A program made the position numbers and the translations under genes. The notes below the pieces were generated by a model. That model made no database searches. It was not told the DNA's origin and saw only the letters and a list, made by a program, of their open reading frames with translations. A stretch of DNA of 62,195 nt. Source: Tubiluchus corallicola (lineage: Eukaryota > Animalia > Priapulida). The DNA lies in contig JAQGDQ010001108.1 in the NCBI GenBank assembly GCA_030141605.1, forward strand, positions 1 to 62,195, read 5' to 3'. Shown here one piece after another: positions 13,707 to 26,644 of the stretch; position 1 is the first letter of the stretch, and every line of letters starts with the position of its first letter.

Positions 13707-13976
13707 ATAAGTGCTACCAGGTGTGATAGGAAAGGTCTCTGTTTTTGCATCAAGGATTAACAGGCCGGTGAATCATGTATGAATTTGTTCGTCAAGTTGA
13801 CTGGGGAGGGTCTCTTACTCGCTTTCGTAGTCTTTACCGACGTTTTACAGGGTGTTCCAAAAGAAATAGCACAACAACAATTGTTACACCATACAAGGTT
13901 TAATAAATGTGGTCGTATTAACAAGTTACTCTGCAAAAAAGTTGAAAATGATGATGTCATAACGGGAGACACTCTG

Positions 13977-14664
13977 GGCCCGGTTTCACAAAGCCGTCAC
14001 TAAGTTAACGAGGTCGATATTACATTCGTTTAGCTGCTAATAACGATGTTGCTAAGTTAGTGACTGTTTCACAAAGCCTTCACTAAGTTGACGAGGTCGA
14101 TATTACATTCGTTTAACTGCTAATAACGACGTTGCTAAGTTAGTGACGGTTTCACAAAGCCTTCACTAAGTTAACGACATCGTTATTACATTCGTTTAAC
14201 TGCTAATAACGATGTTGCTAAGTTAGTGACGGTTTCACAAAGCCGTCACTAAGTTAACGACATCGTTATTACATTCGTTTAACTGCTAATAACGATGTTG
14301 CTAAGTTAGTGACGGTTTCACAAAGCCTTCACTAAGTTAACGACATCGTTATTACATTCGTTTAACTGCTAATAACGATGTTGCTAAGTTAGTGACGGTT
14401 TCACAAAGCCGTCACTAAGTTAACGACATCGTTATTACATTCGTTTAACTGCTAATAACGATGTTGCTAAGTTAGTGACGGTTTCACAAAGCCATCACTA
14501 AGTTAACGACATCGTTATTACATTCGTTTAACTGCTAATAACGATGTTGCTAAGTTAGTGACGGTTTCACAAAGCCATCACTAAGTTAACGACATCGTTA
14601 TTACATTCACTTAACTATTAAAAACGACGTCGTTCACTTAGTAACGGCTTTGTGAGACTGAGCC
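13977..14664. mobile_element. PIF/Harbinger-like MITE expanded into an 83-bp tandem array (~8 units)
   Basis: TIRs GGCCCGGTTTCACAAAGCCG / CGGCTTTGTGAGACTGAGCC; CTG on both sides; 83-bp period (13982, 14065, 14148). Confidence 0.8.
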
Positions 14665-14875
14665 CTGCTTTAGTCTATCACACTTATCACATCAGTACTG
14701 CACTTTTTTAAGTATAGTATCAAAGTAAAAAGCGTAACCCTACTGGACACGACTTTTTGTGCAAAGGTGCAAAGCCAGTTTTTAACACCACTATAATCAT
14801 GCCAAAGTTTTCAATGTTATAAACATTGAATCAGCTCAAGTCAACTGTAATATGTGTGAAAAACCAGAGGGGATC

Positions 14876-15363
14876 CAGTGCTGTTCCGATAGATCGGTTG
14901 CCGATATTTGCAAAAAATGCGGGATTGGTGTCAAATCGGTGTCCATTTCGAGGAAAATAAAAAAATCGGTATCGGTTCGGATCGTTTCTTCGGGTTCGGA
15001 ACAGCGCTAACGTGTATACAATTTTCAACACAAACTTCGTACGTGTCCCGTTGGGTAATTACTTGATAATATTATAATATGAGAAGCAATTCCAGCTTCC
15101 AGCATCAGCAGCATTCGACATTAAAACAGATCAACATCTCCAGTTTTGAATGATACTTCCAATTTTCCAACTGTGTTAATAATTTGCATTTATAGCAGAT
15201 CTAAACAATAAGCATTGATCGGTAAATTGGCATAAGTTTTGAGGAAATCGGTATCGGTTTTCAAAAAAAATCAATAATCGGTAATCAATGCAGTATCGGT
15301 TTCGAGGAAAATTAAAAGCCATTTTCGGTTCGGATCATTTTTTTCCTGTTGAGAATAGAACTG
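14876..15363. mobile_element. hAT-like MITE
   Basis: Ends CAGTGCTGTTC / GAATAGAACTG; GGGGATC on both flanks; subterminal ATCGG repeats. Confidence 0.6.
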
Positions 15364-15461
15364 GGGGATCTTGGCGCCAGTAATTTTTAATTGTTCCAGT
15401 TTCCACACAAGCTTGAAGATGATATCCTGTTTTAATGTAAGCTTCCCCTGAGGATATTTAA

Positions 15462-15712
15462 AGGAAGACAGGACGATTTTTCATATACTACCTCATTTTC
15501 ATGTACGTTAAAAAGTATACATTTTAACACCAATGATATTGTAAAAGCATGCCTGATCATTAAATAATAGGTTAAAGTCTTAACGACGGGCGAGCGCACT
15601 AGCGATGACATCACAAACTAGCATAATTTTCAACAGTAAAAATATTGCGCTAGCGTGTAGCACGTGTTTGTGAATGAGAAAATTGAAGTACAGTGCAACT
15701 GTAAGTTATGCA
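15462..15712 (-). mobile_element. Kolobok-like family A, partial
   Basis: Reverse complement of the 2670-2917 end, starting TTAA|AGGAAGACAGG. Confidence 0.7.
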
Positions 15713-15808
15713 AGTATGAACCACGTAGGCACAGACTAGCAGACTAAACGAAAAACAGCCCATAGTCATGACTGATTATTGTTTTTTGTAATTTTCACTT
15801 TACTTTAA

Positions 15809-16325
15809 AGGAAGACCGAACGATTATTTAGACTCAATCTCATTTTAATTTAGTGTTCAAAATATACATTTTCTTGTCTATATAAGTTAGCAATTGTTTC
15901 TGAAATTTGAATAATTAGCTTAGAAAGTTGATTAACGGCAACCGAACACAACTATTGCTTACGTCAGAAACTAACTACAGTTTGTGCAACACGCAGGCGT
16001 CTTCCCTTAAACGCGTGATGTCCCGAAATGGGCTCTACGTCATATGACGTAAGAAACTAACACTGCAGTTGGTGATCATAGTTATCACAGCACTGCCTTC
16101 TATTTGTTGGCCATGCGAATGCGACAAAAAGGCACCGCTGCCGTTCTTAGTAGATTCACTGAGCCGCACATGGCTTTGAAAGTTTGTCGCATTCTCAACA
16201 AAATTTGAGTATCCGAGGTAATTATTATTTAACCTAAGCTTTGATTTAAAAAAGCTATTGTAATTTTTAATATTTAGAGCATTTTTTATTCTGAACTAAT
16301 GTTTACACAATCATCCGGTTTTCCT
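15809..16325. mobile_element. Kolobok-like non-autonomous element, family B
   Basis: TTAA|AGGAAGACCGAACGATT...AATCATCCGGTTTTCCT|TTAA. Confidence 0.7.
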
Positions 16326-16451
16326 TTAAAACTTTAAACACAGATTGATGTGTGACGATACTTCCTCTTAGCACAGTTATCTTATTTTACGTTACAACGT
16401 GAAGTCGTGTCAAATTTCATAAATTGTTATAGCATTCAGTGTGTTTTTCAG

Positions 16452-16563
16452 GAAATCCTTTCTGGATGAAGACAAAGAAGAAAAAATGGAGCCAACTTCC
16501 CTACGAGATTCTGATGCTGAGAAGTCAAAGCGCATTTACTTTACAACATGAGCGTCAGAGAAG
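16452..16563 (+). pseudogene. TTLL4: TTLL4-like exon with in-frame TGA (..DAEKSKRIYFTT*ASEK)
   Basis: tttcag|G...AAG|gtaacc; phase fits both neighbours; TGA at 16549-16551. Confidence 0.65.
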
Positions 16564-16574
16564 GTAACCTGATT

Positions 16575-18425
16575 TATGTCCCATTGTGAGTAAACTAAAC
16601 ACCAGAATGAATGAGTTTGTGTCCCATTGTGAGTAAACTAAACACCAGAATGAATGAGTTTGTCTTCCATTGTGAGTAAACTAAACACCAGAATGAATGA
16701 GTTTGTCTTCCATTGTGAGTAAACTAAACACCAGAATGAATGAGTTTGTCTTCCATTGTGAGTAAACTAAACACCAGAATGAATGAGTTTGTGTCCCATT
16801 GTGAGTAAACTAAACACCATAATGAATGAGTTTGTGTCCCATTGTGAGTAAACTAAACACCAGAATGAATGAGTTTGTGTCCCATTGTGAGTAAACTAAA
16901 CACCATAATGAATGAGTTTGTCTTCCATTGTGAGTAAACTAAACACCAGAATGAATGAGTTTGTGTCCCATTGTGAGTAAACTAAACACCAGAATGAATG
17001 AGTTTGTGTCCCATTGTGAGTAAACTAAACACCAGAATGAATGAGTTTGTGTCCCATTGTGAGTAAACTAAACACCATAATGAATGAGTTTGTGTCCCAT
17101 TGTGAGTAAACTAAACACCAGAATGAATGAGTTTGTGTCCCATTGTGAGTAAACTAAACACCAGAATGAATGAGTTTGTGTTCCATTGGAGGTAAACTAA
17201 ACACCATAATGAATGAGTTTGTGTCCCATTGGAGGTAAACTAAACACCAGAATGAATGAATTTGTGTCCCATTGTGAGTAAACTAAACACAAGAATGAAT
17301 GAGTTTATGTCCCATTGTGAGTAAACTAAACACCAGAATGAATGAGTTTGTGTCCCATTGGAGGTAAACTAAACACCATAATGAATGAGTTTGTGTCCCA
17401 TTGTGAGTAAACTAAACACCAGAATGAATGAGTTTATGTCCCATTGTGAGTAAACTAAACACCAGAATGAATGAGTTTGTGTCCCATTGGAGGTAAACTA
17501 AACACCATAATGAATGAGTTTGTGTCCCATTGTGAGTAAACTAAACACCAGAATGAATGAGTTTATGTCCCATTGTGAGTAAACTAAACACCAGAATGAA
17601 TGAGTTTGTGTCCCATTGGAGGTAAACTAAACACCATAATGAATGAGTTTGTGTCCCATTGTGAGTAAACTAAACACCAGAATGAATGAGTTTATGTCCC
17701 ATTGTGAGTAAACTAAACACCAGAATGAATGAGTTTGTGTCCCATTGGAGGTAAACTAAACACCATAATGAATGAGTTTGTGTCCCATTGTGAGTAAACT
17801 AAACACCAGAATGAATGAGTTTATGTCCCATTGTGAGTAAACTAAACACCAGAATGAATGAGTTTGTGTCCCATTGGAGGTAAACTAAACACCATAATGA
17901 ATGAGTTTGTGTCCCATTGTGAGTAAACTAAACACCAGAATGAATGAGTTTATGTCCCATTGTGAGTAAACTAAACACCAGAATGAATGAGTTTGTGTCC
18001 CATTGGAGGTAAACTAAACACCATAATGAATGAGTTTGTGTCCCATTGTGAGTAAACTAAACACCAGAATGAATGAGTTTATGTCCCATTGTGAGTAAAC
18101 TAAACACCAGAATGAATGAGTTTGTGTCCCATTGGAGGTAAACTAAACACCATAATGAATGAGTTTGTGTCCCATTGTGAGTAAACTAAACACCAGAATG
18201 AATGAGTTTATGTCCCATTGTGAGTAAACTAAACACCAGAATGAATGAGTTTGTGTCCCATTGGAGGTAAACTAAACACCAGAATGAATGAATTTGTGTC
18301 CCATTGTGAGTAAACTAAACACCAGAATGAATGAGTTTATGTCCCATTGTGAGTAAACTAAACACCATATTGAATGAATTTGTGTCCCATTGGAGGTAAA
18401 CTAAACACCCTAATGAATGAATTTG
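16575..18425. repeat. 43-bp minisatellite, ~43 copies, with a 129-bp higher-order trimer
   Basis: Unit cattgtgagtaaactaaacaccagaatgaatgagtttgtgtcc; the ggaggt variant recurs at 17360, 17489, 17618 and onward. Confidence 0.97.
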
Positions 18426-18429
18426 TTGT

Positions 18430-18993
18430 TAATTTCTGCAGAACAGACACGGTAATTCATTGCAAATTTTGGTCCAAGGCTTTGTAGTGACACAAATGAT
18501 GAATTAAAAACTATTCATCCAATTCAAAAATTCAAAAGGAAATACTGAGCAAAGATTCTCAACAAGTGTAACACTTCCTAATTTCCCACACCTACTGCAG
18601 CAGTCACACCACAATCTTGGTACAGATTATACAAAACAAGGCATCATTGATAAATCTTTGCAACTGATACAAATATCGCACAATCTACTGTCTTTCTTAA
18701 TACCATTTCCACTAACTCATCATTCTTCCTGTCCCGTGTGATCTAACCTTTCTCCCAGTTCTTTTTTTTGTTCACTCATCCATTCTTTTTTTATCTGGTT
18801 CACATGGCAGTGGACTTATACACGCCTTTGCTTCTTAGCCCACTGCAGTACAATTAATCTTTTATGATAACGATGGTGTATGAAACATAATAATTTAGCA
18901 CAGTATGAAGTAACAATTTTGATGTTACCATGTATTACACGTCATTATATTGTACTGAATGTGATAATAATAAAAACTTCAAAAACTTCAAAA
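18430..18993 (+). mobile_element. 5'-truncated LINE (CR1/L2-group) 3' end
   Basis: Translates FGPRLCSDTNDELKTIHPIQKFKRKY*, like the ORF2 C-terminal GPxLWN..L..FKRK motif; ends AATAAA followed by (AAAACTTCA)-like repeats. Confidence 0.55.
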
Positions 18994-19134
18994 CAGACAG
19001 TTGGCTTCTAAATGCGACCATTTGACCATTCATAATGTGACCATTTGACCGTTCACAATGTGACCATTTTTTACCCAGAGTCAAATAGGCCGATAATGTA
19101 CGTTTGTGTCTTATAACATTTTGCTCCTATGTAG

Positions 19135-19345
19135 GAAATAACAGAGCGTATTCTAGAAGTGCTCACGCCAGCTGATGTACAAGAGTTGGTAGAAGTAGAA
19201 GATGAATATCAGAGGCGTGAAGATTTCCAGCGCATCTTTCCCAGTCCAACATCTCATAAATATTTGAAATATTTTGAGGAAAAACGATACAGTAATTTAC
19301 TCCTGGAAGCCTGGACCAGAAAATATCATAATCATCCCGAGAAAG
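19135..19345 (+). pseudogene. TTLL4: TTLL4-like exon (ILEVLTPADV...KYHNHPEK)
   Basis: tgtag|GAA...AAG|gtaaga; N-terminal part of ORF 19159-19770. Confidence 0.88.
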
Positions 19346-19350
19346 GTAAG

Positions 19351-19735
<385 letters not shown>

Positions 19736-20621
19736 CTGACTATCAAGGCTTATCTGAGACGAGCTACTGAACCATCCGAAGTGTCCCAGCCACATTCAGC
19801 TATAAATACATTAGGTTAGCTGCAGATAGGTAAACAACATTTAGCACAATGAATGAGACAACCATAAGCGAGTTTCAAGCTGCACTTACCGAAATGGCAA
19901 AACATCGTAAAGCACAGATCACCCACACATTCACCATCCAGCTCGGCACCATTCTTAACTTTAGTCACCATACACAATGACCAAATATGGTCTATGTATC
20001 TATGTATTTATGGTCTATAAGCACAATATCTAGACTCACACATGACAAAATAGACATTAATTTGATGTTTTCCATTTGCTAAGTAATCTCCGAGTTACTC
20101 TTGCGTAGTATAGTTAATTAGTCTCTGCATCACTCTTGAGTAGTATAGTTCATTTGTGTCCACGTCACTCTTGAGTATTGTATTTCAGTTGATTCCGCGT
20201 CACAATTAAGTAGTATATTTCATTTGTTTCCATGTCACTCTTGAGTAGTATAGTTCCATTGTCTCCGCATCATTCTTAAGTAGTATAGCTGAGTTTTCTC
20301 CATGTCACACTTCTGCACTGATTTCCTGCATTGAATACCAATATTGGCTTCATGCAGAAGTCAAGCATCTCGCTGTAAGTTAACTTTCGGACCACATGTT
20401 AAGGTTCTGAAGTGATAAAGAGACAGTTGCAGCAGTTCTGCCACCCGCAGACCAGCCGCGTACTGCTCGTGCACCTGATATTAAAGGTGACATGTATTGC
20501 CTTGCAATTTTATGGGTTTTATATTTTAAGCTTGCAGTGCTTTGAGATGTCTAAAAATTACACTGCCGATAAGACAAGCCATATTTTTCTCACTGCAACG
20601 GCCCACTCTAAACTAAAGCTG

Positions 20622-22173
20622 CGACTCCATGTGCATGTAATGTGTAATGCGTGATCTATGATTCTTAATGAGTGGTCTATGATATTTAATGCGTGATTTA
20701 CGATCTTTAATGCGTGATCTATGAACCTTAATGCGTGATGTGTGATCAATGATCCTTAATGCGTAATGCGTGATCTATGATCCTTAATGCGTAATGCGTG
20801 ATCTATGATCCCTAATGCGTTATGTGTGATCTATGATCCCTAATGCGTAATGCGTGATCTATGATCCTTAATGCGTAATGCATGATCTGTGATCCTTAAT
20901 GCGTAATGCGTGATCTATGATCCTTAATGCGTAATGCATGATCTGTGATCCTTAATGCGTAATGCATGATCTATGATCCCTAATGCGTAATGCGTGATCT
21001 ATGATCCTTAATGCGTAATGCGTGATCTATGATCCCTAATGCGTAATGCGTGATCTATGATCCTTAATGCGTAATGCGTGATCTGTAATCCTTAATGCGT
21101 AATGCGTGATCTATGATCCTTAATGCGTAATGCGTGATCTGTAATCCTTAATGCGTAATGCGTGATCTATAATCCTTAATGCGTAATGCATGATCTATGA
21201 TCCTTAATGCGTAATGCGTGATCCTTAATGCGTAATGCGTGATCTATAATCCTTAATGCGTAATGCATGATCTATGATCCCTAATGCGTTATGTGTGATC
21301 TATGATCCCTAATGCGTAATGCATGATCTATGATCCTTAATGCGTAATGCATGATCTATGATCCTTAATGCGTAATGCGTGATCTATGATCCTTAATGCG
21401 TAATGCGTGATCTATGATCCTTAATGCGTAATGCGTGATCTATGATCCCTAATGCGTAATGCGTGATCTATGATCCTTAATGCGTTATGTGTGATTTATG
21501 ATCAAAAACTCAGATAAAACAAATATTAGTGTTTGTAGGTCCTAAAGTGAGTAAAACTCACCTAACTAGAATTTTCAGAAAGCTGAACAGCAAAAATGGT
21601 CACCGGAAACTTGAAAACTCGCTATAATTAACTAGGCAACGGCGGTTTCCCGTCTGCGTATTGCTGCGTGATGCGTATTCAGACGATAGCGATCACGTTA
21701 GAATGAAGACGGATCACGCATTACGCATTACGAATTACACATTATGGATCACGCATTATGAATTACTCATTACGCATTACGGATTACACATTACGGATTA
21801 CACATTACGGATTATGCATTACGGATTACACATTACGGATTACGCATTACAAATTACTCATTACGCATTACGAATTACTCATTACGCATTATGGATTACA
21901 CATTACGGATTACACATTACGGATCACGCATTACGAATTACTCATTACGCATTACGGACTACACATTACGGATCACGCATTACGAATTACTCATTACGCA
22001 TTACAGATTACACATTACGGATTACACATTACGGATTACGCATTACGGATTACGCATTACGAATTACGCATTACGGATTACACATTACGGATTACACATT
22101 ACGGATTACGCATTACGAATTACGCATTACGGATTACACATTACGGATTACACATTACGTACGCATGGAGTCG
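20622..22173. mobile_element. Foldback-like TIR element with inverted 7-bp-based subterminal arrays
   Basis: TIRs CGACTCCATGTGCATGTAATGTGTAAT / ATTACACATTACGTACGCATGGAGTCG; left 28-bp array 20640-21500; right ATTACGS array 21710-22160. Confidence 0.7.
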
Positions 22174-22388
22174 TACATTAATAATAAAGTCTTAGTACTA
22201 CTTTACATAGTCATCGTCGTCGACACTGTTAAGGTTAATGCAGCTGTCGCTAAAATGTAGGAGCAAATGCAGATGGTGGACAAATGAATTGTTCAGTTCA
22301 GTTCAGTTCAGTGTGTCTGAACTTGTGATTAATGAACCTTACTTAGATAATTAAGATCTGCTACAAGAGCGTTGTGGTGATTTTCTAG

Positions 22389-22483
22389 GCTGGAAGGTTC
22401 TGGAAACACTTCACAAGGAGCAGCGCCATCTACACAATCCTCAAATGACTCAAAATTGGGATATCAATATTGGAGCAAGATGA
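22389..22483 (+). pseudogene. TTLL4: TTLL4-like probable last coding exon (GWKVLETLHKEQRHL...GAR*)
   Basis: ttttctag|GC; phase 1 fits; resembles the TTLL4 G..LL..C..G.H segment; TGA at 22481-22483. Confidence 0.6.
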
Positions 22484-23100
22484 CATGTTTTGTTTGAATC
22501 TTCTTCAAAGTGTTCCAGAGCCTGATGATACTCATCTTCACGGTGTTTAAAGAAGAAGAAATAGGAATTTTAAAACAAACCCCCAAAAAACTTTCCATAC
22601 AGAGTTGAGGCTTACCTGTTTGAAAGAATTGTGTAGCTAGAAAAGAAAATTCTTAATAATTTAAAATATTCACGCCACATGGTAAAACGTCATTGTATCA
22701 CCTTCCCAGTGTGCACCACTGATTCACCAAATAACACATTATTGATCTTACTGAATTATGCAGTAATTTAAACTTTTGCTTAGTTAGTGAAGTGCACGCC
22801 ATGAATACTCTGGTTATTTTTTCAAACTTTATGCAATGTTGTCTAAATTTGTTCAGAACGACTTACCTTTAAAATGACTCCATCTAACGATCATAGCGGG
22901 AGTTTAAGTTTACACGTTTTGTGCAGCTTACTGCTAATGAACAGTGTGTGTAATGAACAGAATTACAACGATTACTTATAAACCTATAAATAATTTCTAC
23001 TTCTAAACTTGATTGCTTTCAATGTTTTACATCTTAATAGTAAAGTATAATTCGAAAAGTAAACTTAACTTTTTTTAACTTAAAAGTTACGAGCAATAAA

Positions 23101-23469
23101 TGTTGTGGAGATCGCTGGCACCTATTAGAATTGCATAGAACATTGTAGAATGTTCCGTTAGAATAATCGTCTTACCGTGTAGAATGTTCTGGAACAAAAC
23201 TTCTAGAAGCTTCTCGGGCACCCTATATAAGGCGAAGCAGGCCGCTGAGACGGACACATGGATTCACACGGACGCCACTTACACATTCTCTTGTATACTT
23301 GCATTTTCAGATACACTCAAACGTTTTCAAGATTTTCACGTTTAGTGTATTCTTTTAGTGTTCCTTCATACTTTTGTGTTCTAGAATTCTCGCTTAATAA
23401 ACTAGTTTAATTTGACGAAGTGTTTTCTTGTTTTCTCTACGAGCCTTCCGAGAGAAACAAAGCACAACA
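23101..23469 (+). mobile_element. Solo LTR (BEL/Pao- or Gypsy-type)
   Basis: TGTTGTG...CACAACA termini; flanks ATAAA/ATAAG; TATATAA 23224; AATAAA 23396. Confidence 0.75.
23137..23230 (+). promoter_or_regulatory. Heat-shock element cluster plus TATA box in the LTR
   Basis: aGAAtgTTCtgGAAc 23181-23195; cTTCtaGAAgcTTCt 23200-23214; aGAAcaTTGtaGAAtgTTCc 23137-23156. Confidence 0.6.
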
Positions 23470-24807
23470 ATAAGGAGTTAAAAATAATATTGACGTCCCA
23501 GAGTCAAGCTACTACAAGGTGAAGGTAAATTCGTCTTGAAGTTTTGTACCCCTTACGTGCTGTTTTGCTGCATACAGAGCTTGTAAGTTTAAACTCCTGC
23601 TCTGACATTAGATGCAGACGTTTTTAAGTCATTGCGTAAGAAATTCAAGCAATTGTGCTGAAACATTGTGGAAAGTTAAAAAAATTCAGATCATGTGTAG
23701 TTCTCAATGCACCCACTAAGCAAAGGTATAAAATTTTCTAATTATGAGATTAACAATATGTTTTTGGCTTGACTACATAAGCCTTTTAAACAGGCAAGCC
23801 TAATGCTAACTAATATAACTTTTTATGTAAGGTTTTTGGGGCATACTTTAAAAATTTCCTTTTCTTCCCTTTTAGCAGTGAAAAGACAAATCAGACGACA
23901 TTACGTGTAAGACCTCTGTTGATGTCTATCACGCATTTATAATGTTTTTATATTTTAAAGTTTTTAATAATTTTAACAATAGAGTGCCTGTATAAACTGG
24001 TTTTTATTTGCGATAGGTATTGTCATCAAAACATATCCTTCACTCTGAATGCCTGAATGCCCTTATTAAGTGCTTGTGAATACAGTTTGCACAGCCTGGG
24101 CCCTCCCTTGCACAGTAACGGTTACAACACACCAAATTAATATTTTCTCTGAATTATAAGCATTAGAACGATTTGCTAAATCCGAAAGGTGCCTTATATC
24201 TGCAAAAATCATATAACACAAGAAAACAGATGAAAGCTATATAGATCATGTATACTGTATATATATATATCAAAACATTAGTGTGTAATTTTGAGAAATA
24301 GGTGAGGTGACACCTGTTCTAAACTAGTGAGCTTCCTAGAGATGGTTTCTAGAAGAAAGGAAAGTGGTCTAAAATGCAGTAAAATGCATTGTTGTCTGTG
24401 TGGACCTCGCAGGGGAGCTTACACAACCCCCAGGCCCTCTAATTGCTTTCCTGTTGGGCCCTCCGCTGTTCTAAAACCTGTATCTGCCCTTGTCAACAAA
24501 TGAAAACATTATTTGGGCAAGCACTCACCTGTTAAAAATACTTGATACTGTTAAAGGGTTTAAATATGGAAAATAACACGAAAAAGAACAGTAATATTAT
24601 TTTCATTTATTTCAACAACATAACTTAATCTCAATTTTATTTTGCAATGTTGGATGGCACGGTAGCTATTTATGTCTTAGTGGTGGTCTCCTGCTTTTTG
24701 TCATTAATGGGTTATTGTGAAAAGAAACGTATTGTACTGTAATGAACATCGAAATAAATGATAAAGAATTTCAAATATTATAGAATTATTTTATTTCTTG
24801 CAAGATT

Positions 24808-24890
24808 CTGAGAGAGAGAGAGAGAGAGGGAGCGAGAGAAAGAGAGAGAGAGAGAGAGAGATGGGGAGCGAGAGAGAGAGAGAGAGAGAG
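24808..24890. repeat. (GA)n microsatellite
   Basis: Read directly. Confidence 0.9.
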
Positions 24891-25049
24891 TCTTATAACA
24901 GCAAAATAAGGGAGAGAGATGTATGCATGTAGCCATAACTAGCAGTTAACTTGCATAGGTATATCAAAATTTCGCGCAACCTTATGGATGGCTACACAGT
25001 TTACCAAGTTTAAAATATTCGACTAGTAGTTTAACGTAAGAAATAATAA

Positions 25050-25255
25050 CTATTGTGTCGAGCGGGTGCGAAGCTCACTGCGAGCTGCATCTTTTTATAT
25101 CTATGAGCTACACAGATTTTATCCATGATATACTTTTCAGCGTCGTTGCGCCACCTACAGGTAACTTACGATAACTTTGACGGCTTTGTTGGAGCACCAC
25201 GTGTTCGGCTATTCGTCTTGTTAACGTGCGTGGTGAGCATCGGTGGTTGTGAGTG
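25050..25255 (+). promoter_or_regulatory. CpG-rich candidate promoter / non-coding first exon for CBR1 and TANGO6
   Basis: Local CpG enrichment; CTCF-like GCGCCACCTACAGG at 25148-25161; candidate donors GTGAGC 25233 and GTGAGT 25249. Confidence 0.4.
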
Positions 25256-26644
25256 ACCTTTATCGTATTTTTTTTCGTTAAATAAGTTAATCTTTTCGTA
25301 TAGTTTCTAACATGTGTACATAATTATGTTAACACATATAGCAGTCTATAAACTGAATGCGTGTTTTATATATTATTTAAGCAAATAAAATTACTAATGT
25401 TCGTTAGATTTTGAGAACTAAGAGTAGAATCAAGTTTCAACATGTTTAATAACTTGGACGTTCTCTATCTTAAAATATGAATTATATTTTCTGTTTAAAC
25501 AGTATCAGGGAAATAATTAACGCTGGCTTATTCATATTTCGGATTCTGAATATTATTTATTGTGATTATGTTAATCGATGCATAAACTTGAAATAAGTCT
25601 ATTTCTGTTTTCTGGTCTTTTCGTTTTCCGCATGATCCTTACAGCTTGCTGGTTTTTCCAGAAAACCACAATTAATGTAAGATACTGTTTAAAACTTGTG
25701 TGTGTTTTCAAAAATGTCCACAGTTTATAGTGATATGGCATTGGAAAAAACCGACAATATAGCATATGGCATTGTACAAAACCTGTGCGAGTTATCTAAA
25801 AAATGTCTTTCTTGTTTTAGAAAGACTTGTGAGTTATTTTCTTATAATGGTTAAGTTATACTGTTGATTCTTGCTCTTGAATCCCATTACTGGGAAGTTC
25901 AGAAATTACAACAGAGCGCCGGTAGAGTACGCCACTTACTGACACACAAACTACAAAATGGCACACGCTTGGAAATTTTGCAAGATGCTCTTTCTAGCTT
26001 TTCACTAAGTTTACTATTTAGTTCCTTTTTTGTGAAGGCTATCTACCTCGTAGGCTGCGCCGCATAATACAAGATCAAAAACATCGCTCTCTGCTAACTC
26101 CCAACTGTAAATATTTCATGAAATCGCTCAATCTTAGTCCATTCTCTCGATGCTTATAGCAAGTTTTTAAAATGACTTTTTTTATACGTAGGAGGCGTGT
26201 TTTAACTTTTCTTTACACCAGTGTACAGATAAAGGATGTATCTGTATTGGAGCTCAGCTTTTAGTGATATTATTCATTTGCGCGATGTGAGAGTGCATTA
26301 GAAAAGAACTGCCTAAATTGCAAACTACGCATTTTTTACAGCTGATGTCAAACTTTGCTGTATGTTTTTATGTTTTTGTTAATGTCGCACTAAGTCTCAT
26401 CAGCTCCTAGCATTAGGGCCTTATCACTGCTTCTAGCTTGGGTCTTAGTGTTGAGGATGATATGTCCTTCTTAGGTAATGTATTGTCACTAGGGGTGAAC
26501 ATTCTTTACCTGAAAGAAAAAATTGAATCGAATTTGTGACTTTCGAATTCGAACCGAATCAATTTTCAGTATTTCGTATTCAAAATGAATTTTAAAGATT
26601 TTCAAACCACCAGCAAAAAGATGTCTTACAAGTCATGTATATTA

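Noticed and set aside
21661-22260. ITHY-repeat ORFs
   Set aside because: Product of the 7-bp ATTACGS array; the same peptide appears in all three frames
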